From NCBI GenBank assembly GCA_022813965.1, contig JALDZS010000017.1:62001-126000 (forward strand): a stretch of DNA of 64,000 nucleotides, read 5' to 3'. The first letter of the stretch is position 1. Every line of letters begins with the position of its first letter. Shown piece by piece: positions 23,171-36,473 of this stretch. The DNA is from Toensbergia leucococca (Eukaryota). The notes under the pieces were generated by a model. The model did not search any database. It was not told where the DNA came from and saw only the letters and a program-made list of their open reading frames with translations. A program made the position numbers and the translations under genes.

Positions 23171-25309
23171 ATGCAGAACGCCTTCTATGCTTTGCCTCGC
23201 CATCGACTTCGAGATCGGCTGTGTCCTTACTGTAAGAAGATCGACTTTCGCAAAGTCTTCCAGACTGGACTTGTTCCTGGCTGGGGAAGCTCGGACGCTC
23301 TTGTTTTGGGAAGCTCAAACGAAATCAAAAGAGCAGTGAGGTGTCCTTTTTGTCGCCTGCTTAGTGTATTAGTTCAAAGATTGATGAACCAAATTTGATG
23401 CTCAGACAATTACTTGTGGGCGATAGACACTATCACAAGTGATGATGTTCTGTTTAGTTATGCGCGGCATGATTGTAATCCACTAGTCTTGACGCATCGC
23501 CAGGGCGATTACACAGCAAACGAGGTAAATATAAGCCCGAATACAACGTTGTATTTTGGTCTTCGGTCTAGGAATTATTGGACACTTGATCATCTCGCAA
23601 ATCTCAATGTAAGCTCGGGGCCGAAGTTCATCTCAGTGTTTGGCGAAAGCTCCCCAACCAAAAGAAAATTGTTCAGGACCCGAATTGTCCCGATCGAACA
23701 GGCGAATTTGAAGCTTCTGAAAGGATGGCTTGAACAATGTGGAAAACATCCCAGATGTCAAGAGATTTTCACGCCGGACGTGTGGGGTCTTAGACTTATC
23801 GATGTGGCACAACGCCGACTTGTCATTGCCCCCGAAAATTGCAGATACCTTGCTTTGAGTTATGTCTATGGTGGAGTCCGCAGTGCGCCAAACCTTCGGA
23901 GCAGTCTTGATTCTCGCTGTCTTCTACACAAAAGAGATTCCCAGATACCATTGGTCAAGCGTCTTAAATCTACGCGTGGCACTTGCTCTTGTTCACCGGC
24001 TGAGCTGGCGAAAGATTTACCCCGAACAATTGAAGATGCAATACATCTCGTTTCCATCTTAGGTTTCAAGTATCTGTGGGTAGACTCCATATGTCTCACT
24101 AAAGATGATCTCATTGAACATAGTGCTCGTGCAGCTGTGATGAACTTTGTCTACGAGCGCGCCTACATAACAATTGTCGCCGCAGCTGGCGACGATGCAG
24201 ACGCAGGACTGCCTGGATTGCCTGGGATGACGAGAAGCTCAAGAACATCAGTTCAACATACTGAGGTTGTCGCCGGCATGAAACTTGGTATTTGCATGCC
24301 ATCCCTCAAAGAGCAAATATCAAATTCTACATGGGCTACGCGGGCTTGGACCTTTCAGGAAGGCTTGTTGTCTAAAAGATATCTAGTATTCACCAATGAG
24401 CAAGTCTATTGGGAATGTCGTCAGGCTGGGTTTTGCGAAGCAGTTGAAGAACCCTTTGATCAATTCCCGGACATGACAGCCTTACCATCGTTTAGCTGTG
24501 TGCTTGGCAGTCCCTTTCTCACGGAACGAAATTTCAATAAGCTTTATTTTCGATTGGTGAGTACCTACTCTGCAAGAGAGTTGACGTATCAGTCAGATAT
24601 ACTCGAAGCCTTTGCAGCTGTCCTCGGTCAATTTGAAACACTCTTTGGTATACGGTTCTTTCTAGGAATTCCACGCCAAGGGCTGTCGGAGTACTTACGG
24701 TGGAACCATGTAAGTCCCGCGGGATTTTTATCGGAAAATCGTGTGAGTTCTTTGAGGATTCCACAAAGCATCCACAGACGAGCCGGATTCCCCAGCTGGA
24801 CCTGGGCCGGTTGGTCTGGGCAAGTAGAGTTCAGAGACTGGAAAAGACCGATGATAGGTATCCTCGGGACGTCTTATAACAAAGGCTTCCAAATATACCC
24901 AGAATACTCCTCCGCAGGATTCTCATGGCGAGAAGACGACCACGATCCAAAAATTTTGAACTGCTCAGCCCGGACTGCCTTTTTTACGATCTGGCGCGGT
25001 AGGTATGAAATGAAGGCCATGAGCGTTGGCGAGGTCGATGACTTACGCGATATCAAATTCCGTGGATCCTCTGAGCAGAAAATTTGCGATGTCTTCTTGG
25101 ACTGCAATACCGCTGATCTTGGAAGCTACGAGGGTCAGACCATCGAATTTATGGAATGTGGCCATTTCACAAAGTATAGTCCGACGGTCGTCAGTCTCCT
25201 ACTGATAGAGTGGCGTGATGATATTGCTGAGAGGGTCGGAGTGTGTCAAATGTCTCTGGTGGATTTCGAAGCTGTGGAATCTGTAAAGAAAGTCATAAGA
25301 TTAGGGTAA
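23171..25309 (+). CDS. HET-domain (heterokaryon incompatibility) protein; N-terminal part separated by an in-frame TGA at 23396-23398
   Basis: LCPYC...CPFC N-terminus, LRLIDV, YLALSYVYG, LPRTIEDAI, YLWVDSIC, TIVAAAG, WATRAWTFQEGLLSKR, FPSWTWAGW. Confidence 0.88.
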
Positions 25310-25857
25310 AATGGGGCGTGAGAGGAAATGTTCTGGAAATGACGCCGAACTCAGGGATTGGAAATTCTAAACGCTGAGTCCTAAATAATGGGAGACAATG
25401 GCCAACATTCAGTCCATGGATTTCTTTGCAGTGGAAAGAGCTTCCTGCTGAAGTTTTGAAAGGTATTCGAGAGCCAAGATTTGGAGGTCATCGCATTCAG
25501 GTAGATAACAGGCAGGGCTCGTTTTGTAGAGCACTCATTTAAGTAGGGTTTCTATGAAAATGGCCCTTGCCTCGGCGTTTTACTAAATTCTGCAACTGAA
25601 AGTCATTATCACTCGTTCCTCACATCCATTACCGGCGAATTTGACGTTCTTCTGATTGTATCAATAACAAGGCTTAAAACATTGAAGAAAAAGTATTTAC
25701 CGATTGAGGTGTAAAATGGTGCTTTATCACGTGAAGATTAGGGTTACGCGATAAGCCAAGTACTCAAGCTCCAACCCTCGAACCAAAAAGGCTTTCCAAA
25801 AGCACATTGCTCTTACCTGCCAAGTAATTACGAACTTATCAAGCACTCCCTACAACC

Positions 25858-26777
25858 ATGTACGCCTCCCCAAAACAACTCCCCTACGCCCCAACCCCCC
25901 ACAGCTATACCCCCTCCTCACTAACCGCCACAATGAACATGGACGAGGTTTACCTCCACCCCCCTCCTCTCCACACCCCCCTTCAAAGCCCAAACTAACC
26001 CTCCCACCCTCAAAAAAAACAGGAAGTCAAACTCTGGACCACAGCCGCCGAGCGCGACCTGTGGGACTCGATTGCCGAAATCTACAGCATAATCATCACG
26101 CTCGACGGTCTCGAAAAGGCCTACATCAAAGACTGCCTGCCGGAATCCGAATACACGGAGATTTGCTCCCGGCTGCTGAAGCAGTACAAGTCCAGCCTGA
26201 GCGACGAGACTGTCGCAAAGGAGTTTGTGGATCTCGAGACCTTCAAGCGGGAATGGGGTGTACGTTGCTTCGGCCGCCCCGTCTCCCCTCTTTCCCCCCT
26301 TTCCCACAACCTCCACTCGCAGCGCGAACCCCACGCTAAACCAAACGCTTCCAGATCGAATGCCCCCGCGCCACCGAACGCCTCCGCGTCGGCTTCCCAG
26401 CAACAGTAATCGACCCCACCAACCACCCGCATCATTCCACCCCCGCCACCTCCTCCTCCCACCATCCTCCCCCCGCAACCCCCACCACAGCATCAATGCC
26501 GCAAATCCTGCTCGCGACCGAGAACTTTATCACTTTCCTCGACGCCCTGAAACTGAACCTGCTCTCCAAAGATCAACTGCACCCGCTGCTGTCGGATGTC
26601 ATTCAGAGCGTGAATACGGTCACGGATCGGGATTTTGAGGGGAGAGGGAAGATCATTAGCTGGTTGATACGGCTGAATGGGATGAGGGCTACGGAGGAGT
26701 TGGGGGAGGAGGAGGCGAGAGAGTTGATGTTTGAGATGGAGGGGGCTTATGCTGGGTTCAAGGGGACGTTGAATTAG
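25858..26777 (+). CDS. VPS28: ESCRT-I subunit Vps28 (3 exons)
   Basis: Spliced ...DE|EVKL...AEIYSIIITLDGLEKAYIKD...CSRLLKQY...|ECPRATERLRVGFP...ENFITFLDALKLN..KDQLHPLLSDVIQS...FEMEGAY. Confidence 0.95.
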
Positions 26778-27484
26778 ATTTGGTTTGCGGGAGTGGGGTT
26801 GGAGTCTGGTTTGACAAAAGCTCGCTTTGGGGTGTGGGGTTTCCGGGTAAGACAGGCGCAGAAGCTTCAAGGTTCTTAGAAATTCGTCTCGTTAACCTGC
26901 ATTACAGATCCCACAAATGCGTACAACTTTTTTCTTCCACTTTGACCAAGATAGGGCCGGATTTCCCCTACCCAGGAATGGCATCAACCCTCCCTGGAGG
27001 CGGGAAGAAGGTGAGCGTGGGAATTCTACCACCAGATACATTTCCGTCTGTATATTTATTACTATCGGCAGTGTCGTCGAAAACCGCTAACGGTCATAGT
27101 GATTCCTTTCGGAGGTGCTTGAGCTGTCCGAAACATAGTGGAAGTAAGCATTGCGTGTGGCATAAGAGGGAAGGAAAAGAGAGATTGGACGGATGAACAG
27201 CACGTCTCAAGTCATGAATCATGCACTGTGTTAGTAGAAGAAGTTGGGTTATGAATTCGTTCCGTAAGCCGTACACTGCCGTCATCGAAGGCTCAAGCCG
27301 TCGCCATCACTATCACTATTGCTCTAAAGAATGTATGGTCGAACGCCCGCCTACCGGATCTGTAGGCACAGCAAAAAGTCATAAGGTAGCTCCCGTAGCT
27401 CTTGCTGCCATAGATGTGTAAAGAACGATTTTGAAAGAGAATTAAAGCGCATTTTCCCCTCACCCGACTGCTCCGTGGTAGCAC

Positions 27485-30331
27485 CTACAGCATCTTCAAC
27501 AGTTTCGTCCCGTCCTCTGCCCCGCCGATGGTACTCTGCTCGCCGGAATCCGGGTAGAAGAATGCAGCAACGGCAATGATAACATACGCAGCGATCAGTA
27601 ATGCCCCCTCCAAATAATTGCTCCTTCCGTCCAAAACCAAGAAGTTGACGATAAACGCCGACACGAAGAGAGACACGGTTTCGAACAGAGAAAAGTAAAG
27701 ACTCATATCTTTTTGAAGCACCCATCCCAGCAGGACAATGACCGGGGTCACGAAGAGGGCGATCTGGATGCTCGAACCCACGGCGACGCCGATGGCGAGA
27801 TCCATTTTGTTTTTGCTTGCGACAGTGACGGCTGTAACGTGCTCTGCGGCATTGCCGACGATAGGAAGAATGATGAGACCGACGAAGACTTCGCTGACGC
27901 TGGTATTGTCGACAAGGTAATTGATACTACTTACGAGAAACTCGGCGCAGACCGCTACCAGACCAGTAGATATCAGCAGGACCAAGACAGCAGTAGTGCG
28001 TGACATGAGTTTCTTAGGCTTGTGGCTTTCTTCCGAGTCAAGTGACAACTGAGAGGCATTGACAGGCTTAAGGTATGGCGATATGTGGGCTGGTAGGGCT
28101 GATTGAGTTTGGTTGAGACGATCGGGAAGGGAACTCGTTCGACGAAGTCCGTATGGTGCCCGAGGCGTGACGGCAGAAGGCAATGGCCCTGCTGCTGGTA
28201 ACCCGGTCGGATTTGTGGCCGAAAATACTGTAGATGACAGCATCTTGGGTACTGTTGGATGGATACTGATGCCACGGATATTGAACGGCCGCTTGGGCGA
28301 GATATCAAAAGGTGGAGCTTTCACATTCTCTTCAAAGCCTACATGAGGAGTAGATGGTCTAGTCTCATTGACGTGATTGAATACTGTGTTTGACGACGTA
28401 GCTTTCTCGGAAACTTCAGCTTGCTTTTCAAGTTGCTTGCTTCTTTTTCCACGCCGTTTCTTCGACTTCTTCTTCAGCCTCTGTTCAGGCGACTTACTTC
28501 CAGAAGGTCCTTTCTCGTTCTCAAAATCCCGGAAATTGACAGTGGTATCTCTTATCCACGGACTGTGGCCATCGTGTTCCCCGTCGGTATCCGCCTCATC
28601 GCCGCTGGCAATTGCACCTAAAGCACGCCGAGGAGAGGCGACATGGTCATGCACTGGCTCTGTCGAGTAGCCCTCGTTGGTCTCGAAGTTGTTACTGAAG
28701 GTGCCGGTCGACGGAGTGCGGATTGCCGACGGCATCGAAGGTGCGTCCTTGGAGCTAGCACTCGACTTACGACGTCTTCTCCCCCTCAAAACCCGCTTGA
28801 TACGCTTGGCCGTCGTATTAGATCCTGAAGAGCCTGATGTATCACTATCGCCAGAAGAGCCTGATGTATCTGATGAACTAGAAGAATTCAACATGTCGGC
28901 CAGAACGCCAGGATGCGATTCTTCGTCAATAACATGTTGTGGCGTGCTTTCGTACATATACGCATGTGACTTGAGCTGAAAGAGCAGGTACAACACGTAT
29001 ACCAGCAGAAGAATCTTGACTATGTCAGACCATAGATCATGATTGAACGGGGCTCTGCTTACGATGCTAGTACCCCTGCTTACTTTGAGGACCGCTTTAT
29101 CAGCCATGTTGTTGTCAGTAAAAGATGCATGGAAGGCAGTCTGTGAATATTATTTTAGCAACGAACTAAACATCAAGTCCTCGCACATGAATAAAGAGAA
29201 GCACAACGCGGTAGTGCTCATAGGAGATATGGATCCGTACCGGTAATAGTAAACTCATGACACTCAAACTGAGCAAGCAGGCACTCATCTGCGTGACAGT
29301 GCTGTTGTAAATCTATGGAGCTAGATCAACCTAGAACTAATCGGATTGGAATTATTGTATTACCTGTTCGCGAAAGCGAAGTCCACCAACCAAGAAACAC
29401 ATGCCGAGAATGAGCAGCAAGTTGGCAAGGATAGAACCGAGGAGGGAGGCCTGGACAATGCGAATCTCATTCTGTGTTCGACATTGTCAGCACAATAGCC
29501 ACCATTGCAGTCCCTCTGTGTCATACTAACCTTAACAAGTGCAATACTGTAGTCACGGACATGACTAGAGTAAGCATATGAGGCAGATAATACTATGCAG
29601 TACTAGGGGTAATATGGGGCAGATGACATGGAACGCAATTGAGTTGCAGGTGCCTACTGAGCATCCTCTGGCTCTTTTTTGTCTTGATCTCTGTAAGTTG
29701 GACATACATACTAGAGCCATGTGAGTTCTGAAAGACATGGGCCTTACAGGAAGACTTACAATATGATGAGCTCTACAGCATTACCAAATGTCACATTCAT
29801 GAGTGCTCCAACTGTATCCCCCATTCTACTCGCTACACTTTCAGTGGCGTGGCTTAGCATTCCAGCAAGAGGTATGATAGCAATAGCGTTCATTGCGAAC
29901 ACAGTAGTAGGATTGACGCCAGCGGCTTTGACGGCTATGCCGACAGGGACAAAAACCAAGAGGACGTTAAGCCAGCTTGAAAGCAGAATATCTTTCGATG
30001 TCCCGTAGAAACGTTTTACTATATTCGGCTCCTCATCCTGCTCTATGGTGGTAGATGCCTCTCCATGTTGGTCCTCAAGCGGAGGAGGTGGTGCAGGTGG
30101 AGGCAATGCTGACGAGGTATTATCGGGTACATTAGTGAGCTTGATACTGGGTGTGAACGTAACATTGTTGCCGCCATCGGGTCTAGTTGATGAGCTTGCA
30201 TTTTGAGGAGAAGGTGAATAGGTCAAGGGCAGGTTAAGACGTGGGTCGTCTGGGCGGTTGGAGGCATGCGTTTTACGGGGCAAAGAGCGGATACGATCTA
30301 ATAAGCTCGGCTCGTCAGAAGATTCCACCAT
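27485..30331 (-). CDS. Ca2+/H+ antiporter (CAX/Vcx1 family) with a long cytoplasmic insert, multi-exon
   Basis: LNVLLVFVPVG, AIIPLA, VTFGNAVELII (alpha-1 repeat), ASLLGSILANLLLILGM, LFQLKSH, LPIVGNAAEH (alpha-2 repeat), GSSIQIALF, DGRSNYLEG. The 5' end may extend further. Confidence 0.92.
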
Positions 30332-30732
30332 CGATGTTGTTATTGTTTTTAAAAGAACAAAGTGGATGGCAGTCAGGCGGTGGATGGGTCAGAAATGATA
30401 ACAAGCAGATATGGTACCATATTCTAATCAAGAAAGTTGGAGATTAAAATCAAATTCGCCGAGCTGTCGGACACTAGAACTAGCTCCGTAAGGATTACGG
30501 ATACCACCTTACATGGCAGGCTCACACGTAGATGACGTGGTATAATCTTAAGGTACCCGAGAGCTTATCTTAGGGCTTTGGGCTTGAATCTGAGACATGT
30601 ACGACTCAACGAGCAAGGTAAGGTACCTTACTCCAGTAGACATCATTATATTGATCGTGGTTAACCTATCCAAAATCTCGTTCAGACCCCAAAATGCGTT
30701 CAAATCCACCCAGTTGAACGGCAAATCCGAAA

Positions 30733-31947
30733 ATGAAAAGCACACCTTCCGGTCCAACTACTGTACAACACAACGCTGAGAGCTACTCGGATCTAACGGC
30801 GCATTCTCATAGTGTTAGTTCAACACCAAGAGATCTCGGAAAGAAAACTCTGTTATCGAAAGTCGACATGGATCCATCAACTCTGCAACTTCAAAATGAC
30901 CTGCGTGAGTCAATCTCAAGAGCTTTGAAGACCCGAAGGCCAGTCTTAACTCATCTAAATGCCGATACAACATGGGTCCTACAGCTGCCCTACCCACAGA
31001 ATACACCATCTCCTCATGGGAGGTCTTTCTACAACATTTTGATAGATCCATGGCTACAAGGGCCTCAAACAGATTATGCCTCATGGATCTCAAGGCAATG
31101 GCATGCTGTTGATTCTAGCGTCCAGACAATTGCAGAACTAAATGCCCAGTTGAGCCACGTAGAGGTGTTCGCACAGCCTACAAGAGACAAGACAAAGGAA
31201 TCCAACCTGGCTGAATATCAAGAAAGGCTGAACCAATCTTTCATTGACGCTGTTATCATATCGCACGAATTCACTGACCACTGCAACAAATCGACGCTTC
31301 TTGAGCTTAGATCCGATACACCTATGTTTGCAACTACAGTGGCAGCTGAAACTTTAAGATCATGGAAGTATTTCACTGCAATTCAGGACATATCAGCTTT
31401 TTCTCTCAAGAATCGGGATTGGAGAAAGACTTCAATCGTCCCATTACCTCCATGGCTTGGAATATCAAGGATACTCACAAACTCGGATGCATTGTATTTT
31501 CATTCGGCAATTTTAATCGCCTTTAAAACAAACGAGACAAGCATCACAATTTCATCTGCAGAGGAAGATGTAGCAGAGGCAGTGATTTACACACCTCACG
31601 GGGTCAATGCGGACGAGCTCTCTCACATGCCTTTTGTGATGCCACCAATCAAAACGCTTGCATTAATTCATGGACTTCATGATATCACAATTAATTGTCT
31701 AAAGCAGCTCAACCTCGGCGCTTTCAATGGGCTTAGAGCACAACGGCTGTGTGGTGCAAGGTACTGGGTCTCTACTCATGATGAGATAAAACGAGGAGCT
31801 GGCCTCATTGCGCCACTACTACGCCGGAAAATGTTGACATTAGAGGAAGCGATTGAAAGAGAGAAAGAGGCTTATCCCGGATTAGAAGACATTCGAGAAG
31901 TGAGATTTAGAGAACTAGGAAGTGGTGAAAGTCTGTTGATGGAGTGA
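30733..31947 (+). CDS. Fungal metallo-beta-lactamase-fold protein of unknown function
   Basis: LTHLNADTTW, ILIDPWL, ISHEFTDHC, YTPHG, WVSTHDE. Start may be 30868. Confidence 0.75.
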   Translation: MKSTPSGPTTVQHNAESYSDLTAHSHSVSSTPRDLGKKTLLSKVDMDPSTLQLQNDLRESISRALKTRRPVLTHLNADTTWVLQLPYPQNTPSPHGRSFYNILIDPWLQGPQTDYASWISRQWHAVDSSVQTIAELNAQLSHVEVFAQPTRDKTKESNLAEYQERLNQSFIDAVIISHEFTDHCNKSTLLELRSDTPMFATTVAAETLRSWKYFTAIQDISAFSLKNRDWRKTSIVPLPPWLGISRILTNSDALYFHSAILIAFKTNETSITISSAEEDVAEAVIYTPHGVNADELSHMPFVMPPIKTLALIHGLHDITINCLKQLNLGAFNGLRAQRLCGARYWVSTHDEIKRGAGLIAPLLRRKMLTLEEAIEREKEAYPGLEDIREVRFRELGSGESLLME

Positions 31948-32371
31948 TGCATAGAATGCATAGGTAGCCAGGTAGCTGATGCTATCACCTATTCTATTAC
32001 CAATCCAACTCGCTTTAATCCCTTTCCGTGAAACAAAATTGAGTTCATCTAGATGATCAGGGTTCTCTGGAATTACCGTAAGGCAGGAGGGTTTAGGTAC
32101 GTAGGTACGAGTCAGGTAACAGAAACATTTGACAAGGCTCAGGTTCAAGGCAGGCTAGCATGCCGGCTCGGGCAGATCCAACGTCATTTATGTTGCTTTC
32201 CGCCGTGGTGCTGCGCCTTATTCACTCGGAAGAAAAGGCGGTGAGCAATGCGCACTGCATAACTTAAGACGGACAAGCTTTCTTTGTCTTTATCATAATT
32301 CAGTCAAATCATTTGCCTTGAACGACATATTCCATTCGTTCAAAAGTTTCCGGAACCGCGACGTCTGTAGT

Positions 32372-33484
32372 ATGAGCTTCTTCAAATCTCTTAAGGGAGA
32401 CTTTCCCGACAAGCTTGGAGGCTCTGCTTTGGGCAAGAAACCTAGAAATGAACCTCTCGAGAAAAAGTATCCTCTAAATACAGGCACAACCTATAACCCT
32501 CCTCCAGGACCACCACCATCACATCAAGCTCTTTATTCTCCTCCGCCAGGTCCACCGCCCGGACAGGCCATGTACGCCCCGCCTCGTGGCCCACCTCCAT
32601 CACACAAAGAGACCATTGAAGACCCCCCGCCGTATCATGACTGGACCTCAATTCCTGATACCGCTCTTCTCCCACCACCTCCAACTTTGGGCCATGCAAT
32701 CAGCCCATCTGGCAATGCTAACCTTTCCGACGCAGATCGAGCACACGAATGGTGTAGATTTAATCCACTAAAGCGACCGCATCAGCCAAGAACAGATCAA
32801 ATCGAGAGTGTGCGAACTGGGGATGTAAGACTGTTGAAACCGCAGGAATATAACGGTGATCTGTTGATGCCGAGCAAAGGGATATGGAAAGGATCTACTC
32901 GAGCCGGGAGCAAGGATTCCTGCCTGATAACCTCAATGCCCCTCTACTTTGCCTCGGCCGAGTCGCCGCTCCAAACTGAGGTTACCAAAACAATTTATTT
33001 TGAGCTTAAAATTCGTTCTCTAGGTCGTGGACGAGGGACGGATGAGAGCTCCCTTGCTCTAGGCTTTTGTGCAATGCCGTACCCTACCTGGAGAATGCCT
33101 GGTTGGGAGCGAGGTAGTCTTGCCGTACATGGGGACGATGGACGAAAATATGTCAATGACACCTGGGGTGGGAAAGACTTCACATCTGCATTTCAAGTGG
33201 GAGATACCGTCGGCATCGGAATGTCACTCTCAGTCTCAAACTCGCCCCCGGAATATGGAGCCCCGCCTCAGACGGGAGCAGTCACAAACGTTGAAGTATT
33301 TTTTACGAGGAATGGGACAAAAGATGGTGGCTGGAATCTGCATGAAGAGCTAGATCGAGACAACGATCTTGGGGTGGACGGACTCGACGGGCAATTTGAC
33401 CTGTACGGTGCGGTGGGTGTGTTCGGAGGCGCTGAGTTTGACGTGAGCTTTCACAGGCGCGATTGGCTTTGGCTGCCAAGATGA
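32372..33484 (+). CDS. SPRY-domain protein (Ssh4/Ear1-like SPRY) with a Pro-rich N-terminus
   Basis: Y-x-PPPGPPP repeats, IYFELKI, PYPTWRMPGWERGSLAVHGDDG, GDTVGIG, VFFTRNG, LYGAVG. Confidence 0.88.
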   Translation: MSFFKSLKGDFPDKLGGSALGKKPRNEPLEKKYPLNTGTTYNPPPGPPPSHQALYSPPPGPPPGQAMYAPPRGPPPSHKETIEDPPPYHDWTSIPDTALLPPPPTLGHAISPSGNANLSDADRAHEWCRFNPLKRPHQPRTDQIESVRTGDVRLLKPQEYNGDLLMPSKGIWKGSTRAGSKDSCLITSMPLYFASAESPLQTEVTKTIYFELKIRSLGRGRGTDESSLALGFCAMPYPTWRMPGWERGSLAVHGDDGRKYVNDTWGGKDFTSAFQVGDTVGIGMSLSVSNSPPEYGAPPQTGAVTNVEVFFTRNGTKDGGWNLHEELDRDNDLGVDGLDGQFDLYGAVGVFGGAEFDVSFHRRDWLWLPR

Positions 33485-35021
33485 TTCTGACCTCGGAAGC
33501 ACTGTTGAGATTCTGTTAAGTTTTCCCTTTCACGCCTTTCCCACTGACAGACAGTACGGTCATGACATTTGTTCGTGGTATTCATTTCCAGCCGAGTCGT
33601 GACCAGTGTGTCACACAACAGCTCGCCCCCAGTTGGATAGCACTCGTACTTGTGCTTACGCCACCTAACCGTTTGGTTTTTTAGTTCGTCTATGGCATGC
33701 TGATCATCCATGTTGCATATGCATGTAACAGGTGGGATAAGCTTCGTCGCTACATCGGGGAAACGGGCTGGTGCCTACCCGGTCGATCAGGGCTTCCAGC
33801 GTGCGATCGACTTCCATATGTCATTGCCTTATCTATGCATGGGATGTGCTCTTGCATGTGCTGGTGTGGGAAGATGCAGTAACAGACATGGATCAAGTGA
33901 GCGGCATGATCCATTGTAGCTCAAAGGATCACATCTAAGCTTTGAGTAGCTCGAATTCTCTCCGTCGGTCTCGAAATAAGATCGTGTGGGAAGCTGCTGT
34001 TGTCTCATACCCGGGTTATTGTTTGGAACGAAGACCACGTTACGCCAAGTCATTGATTATTGAACGCCACGCAGATGGTTCGAGTAACTACTGCAGGGCG
34101 CGGCTGTGTGTTTCTAGACGGTCATAAGCGGACCTATTGCCTCTTCAAGCGCAGGGCACTGTCATACTAATGTACATCCATATTCAAAGCGCCATGAGTA
34201 AAGTGCTGAAGAAAAGAAGAAATAACATCGAGTTGTCATGCAGCACGACAATACAGACTGGAACAGGTGTGCGTTACGACCAAGAGTCTCCTGATGGCCT
34301 GAACTCAAAAACAGCCAATGGCGTTATAATCCCAGCCTGGATCCACCTCATCAGTCCTGCTAACATCAGCCTCCACTTGCCTATACTAGCATTGTCTATT
34401 TCCACTACTGACGCCATGCTAAGACAAGCTGTCTTTGATCTGCACCATACCCCCATCACCACCCCACATGTGGCACCGGTCAGTCATTGTGGCCAAAAAA
34501 AAAAAAAGAAAAAGGAACGTGATCACCTCCAGATACTTGGGAGCACTTTTCTCGTGTTGCTGTCCGTATTTGTGCATCTTTTGCAGGCGCGGGGTTGCTT
34601 GTTCATTTTTCATTTTGCGCCAGAGTTCTCGGTTGTGGCTCCACTAAGGTAGTTTGACCTGGTCTCCACACCATCTTCTTCCGCTCATGCAGCAGCACAT
34701 GCAAGGGTACATGGAATTCTGATCCTTCAGCACTGGATAGACCGGCCGCCATTTCGATGCTTAGCATGCTCCATTGAAAATGACGAGCGTCGTCTCAAGC
34801 ATGCCCTTACGCATGAGACTGTTTTAGGTTGGCCCAAACCACAAACATTTGACTTCCATACAAAATCCCAGGAGCCAGGGCAAACGTTACCATCACATCA
34901 TGGACGGGCCGTGGCCTCGATATTTAGACCTCAAAGGGTCCTAAAATTCTTACACCTTGCGGCAGCATGGTTCGAGTGGTTTCCATCACATGGTTTATTT
35001 TCACACTCGTTTGCTTTCATC

Positions 35022-36473
35022 ATGTTTTCCGACCATAGTCTCTTCATATCACTGTTGTGAGTTGACGGTTTCTCATCACGTGCTATTCCTTGTTACTGTC
35101 CTCGCTGCTTAGCTTTGAGACTAACTAGTCCAGCCTGTACCGATACCTACGACTGGTCGTCAATCTTTTTGCCTTTTGCAGACTCCGACCAATTCCCCTA
35201 CCGGAAAATCCAAAATTAACGTCGCAGGATGTGACTGTCGTGATACCGTCGCTTGAGGGCGATGGTACCGAGTTATGGAACACAATTCGCAGTATCCTTC
35301 TGACTGAACCATTTGAAGTCATTTTGGTTACAGTCGATGCCCATAGACAGCGAGCGGATTTCATGGTGAAGAGTATGGCCACATCAAAGGTTCGGGTATG
35401 CAGTGTTGCTCACCCGAACAAGCGCCGTCAAATGGTTCGTGCTATCCCCGAGATTAGAACCGCCATCACCATTTTTGCCGATGACGATGTTACTTGGCCC
35501 TTGAAAATACTTTCATGGATGCTAGCTCCGCTAGAGGATGCGACATATGGCGGAGTTGGTACTAATCAAAGGCTTCGACGGTCAGAGTGCCCAAATTTCC
35601 GGCAGCGAGTCTGGGGCTACCTCGGAGCTTTATATTTGGAGCGAAGAAATTTCGATTGCGCGTCTTGTATGTATATGGACGGAGGTTTACCCTGTCTCTC
35701 TGGGAGGACAGTGGCCTACAGGACGAAGATCTTGAGAGATACAGAATTTATTCGAGGATTCACCAATGAGGAATGGTTCGGCCAATACCAGCTCAACGCC
35801 GATGATGATAATTTCATCACGAGGTGGTTAGTGTCTCATGGTGACAAGATAGCGTTCCAGTATCATAAAGAAGCAGAGATAGAGACTACCCTTGAGGATA
35901 ATCCAAGGTTCTTAAAGCAGTGCCTCCGTTGGTCACGAAGTAATTGGCGCAGTAATATCACAAGCATGTTCTGTGAAGGACACATTTGGAGGTCCGTCAT
36001 AATGAGTGCATGAATCCTGTTTTTGGACTAACTTGAGAACAAGACAACAGCCATGGAGCACATACGCTGTTCATCAGACTACGCTCACACATTGGGCGTT
36101 ATCTTCGGATTTTTTACTCGTGTATTTATGTTTCAAGATGACCAGCCCGTGGGACGACGAATCCCAATGGTTTGCCATGATTCTACTTTTCGTTTGGATG
36201 TTGACCAGCAAGTTCATCAAATTGCTTGGACACTACATCCGCTATCCAGCTGATTTCCTCCTCCTGCCCGTCTCCATAGCATTTGGCTATCTTCATGGCT
36301 TCATTAAAGTCAAAGCCATGGTATCCTTGACGTCAACGACTTGGGGAAGTCGTGAAGGAGCAGATACCAATGATGCGTACAGAATGGTCCGAGTCACGCA
36401 GACTGAAAAAGAGAAGCCGGACGACTTCCATGCGATCAAGATGTCGGCACTCACAAATGACTCGCAGTCATAA
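35022..36473 (+). CDS. GT2 polysaccharide synthase, Cps1/hyaluronan-synthase-like (3 exons)
   Basis: Spliced FLYRYLRLVVN...DVTVVIP, KRRQM, FADDDV (DxD), CLSGRT, ADDDNF, QCLRWSRS (QxxRW), TTWGSR. Confidence 0.9.

Noticed and set aside
28823..28872. Repeated GAAGAGCCTGATGTATC
   Set aside because: Simply encodes the repeated DTSGSS peptide in the CAX loop; not a CRISPR or mobile-element repeat.
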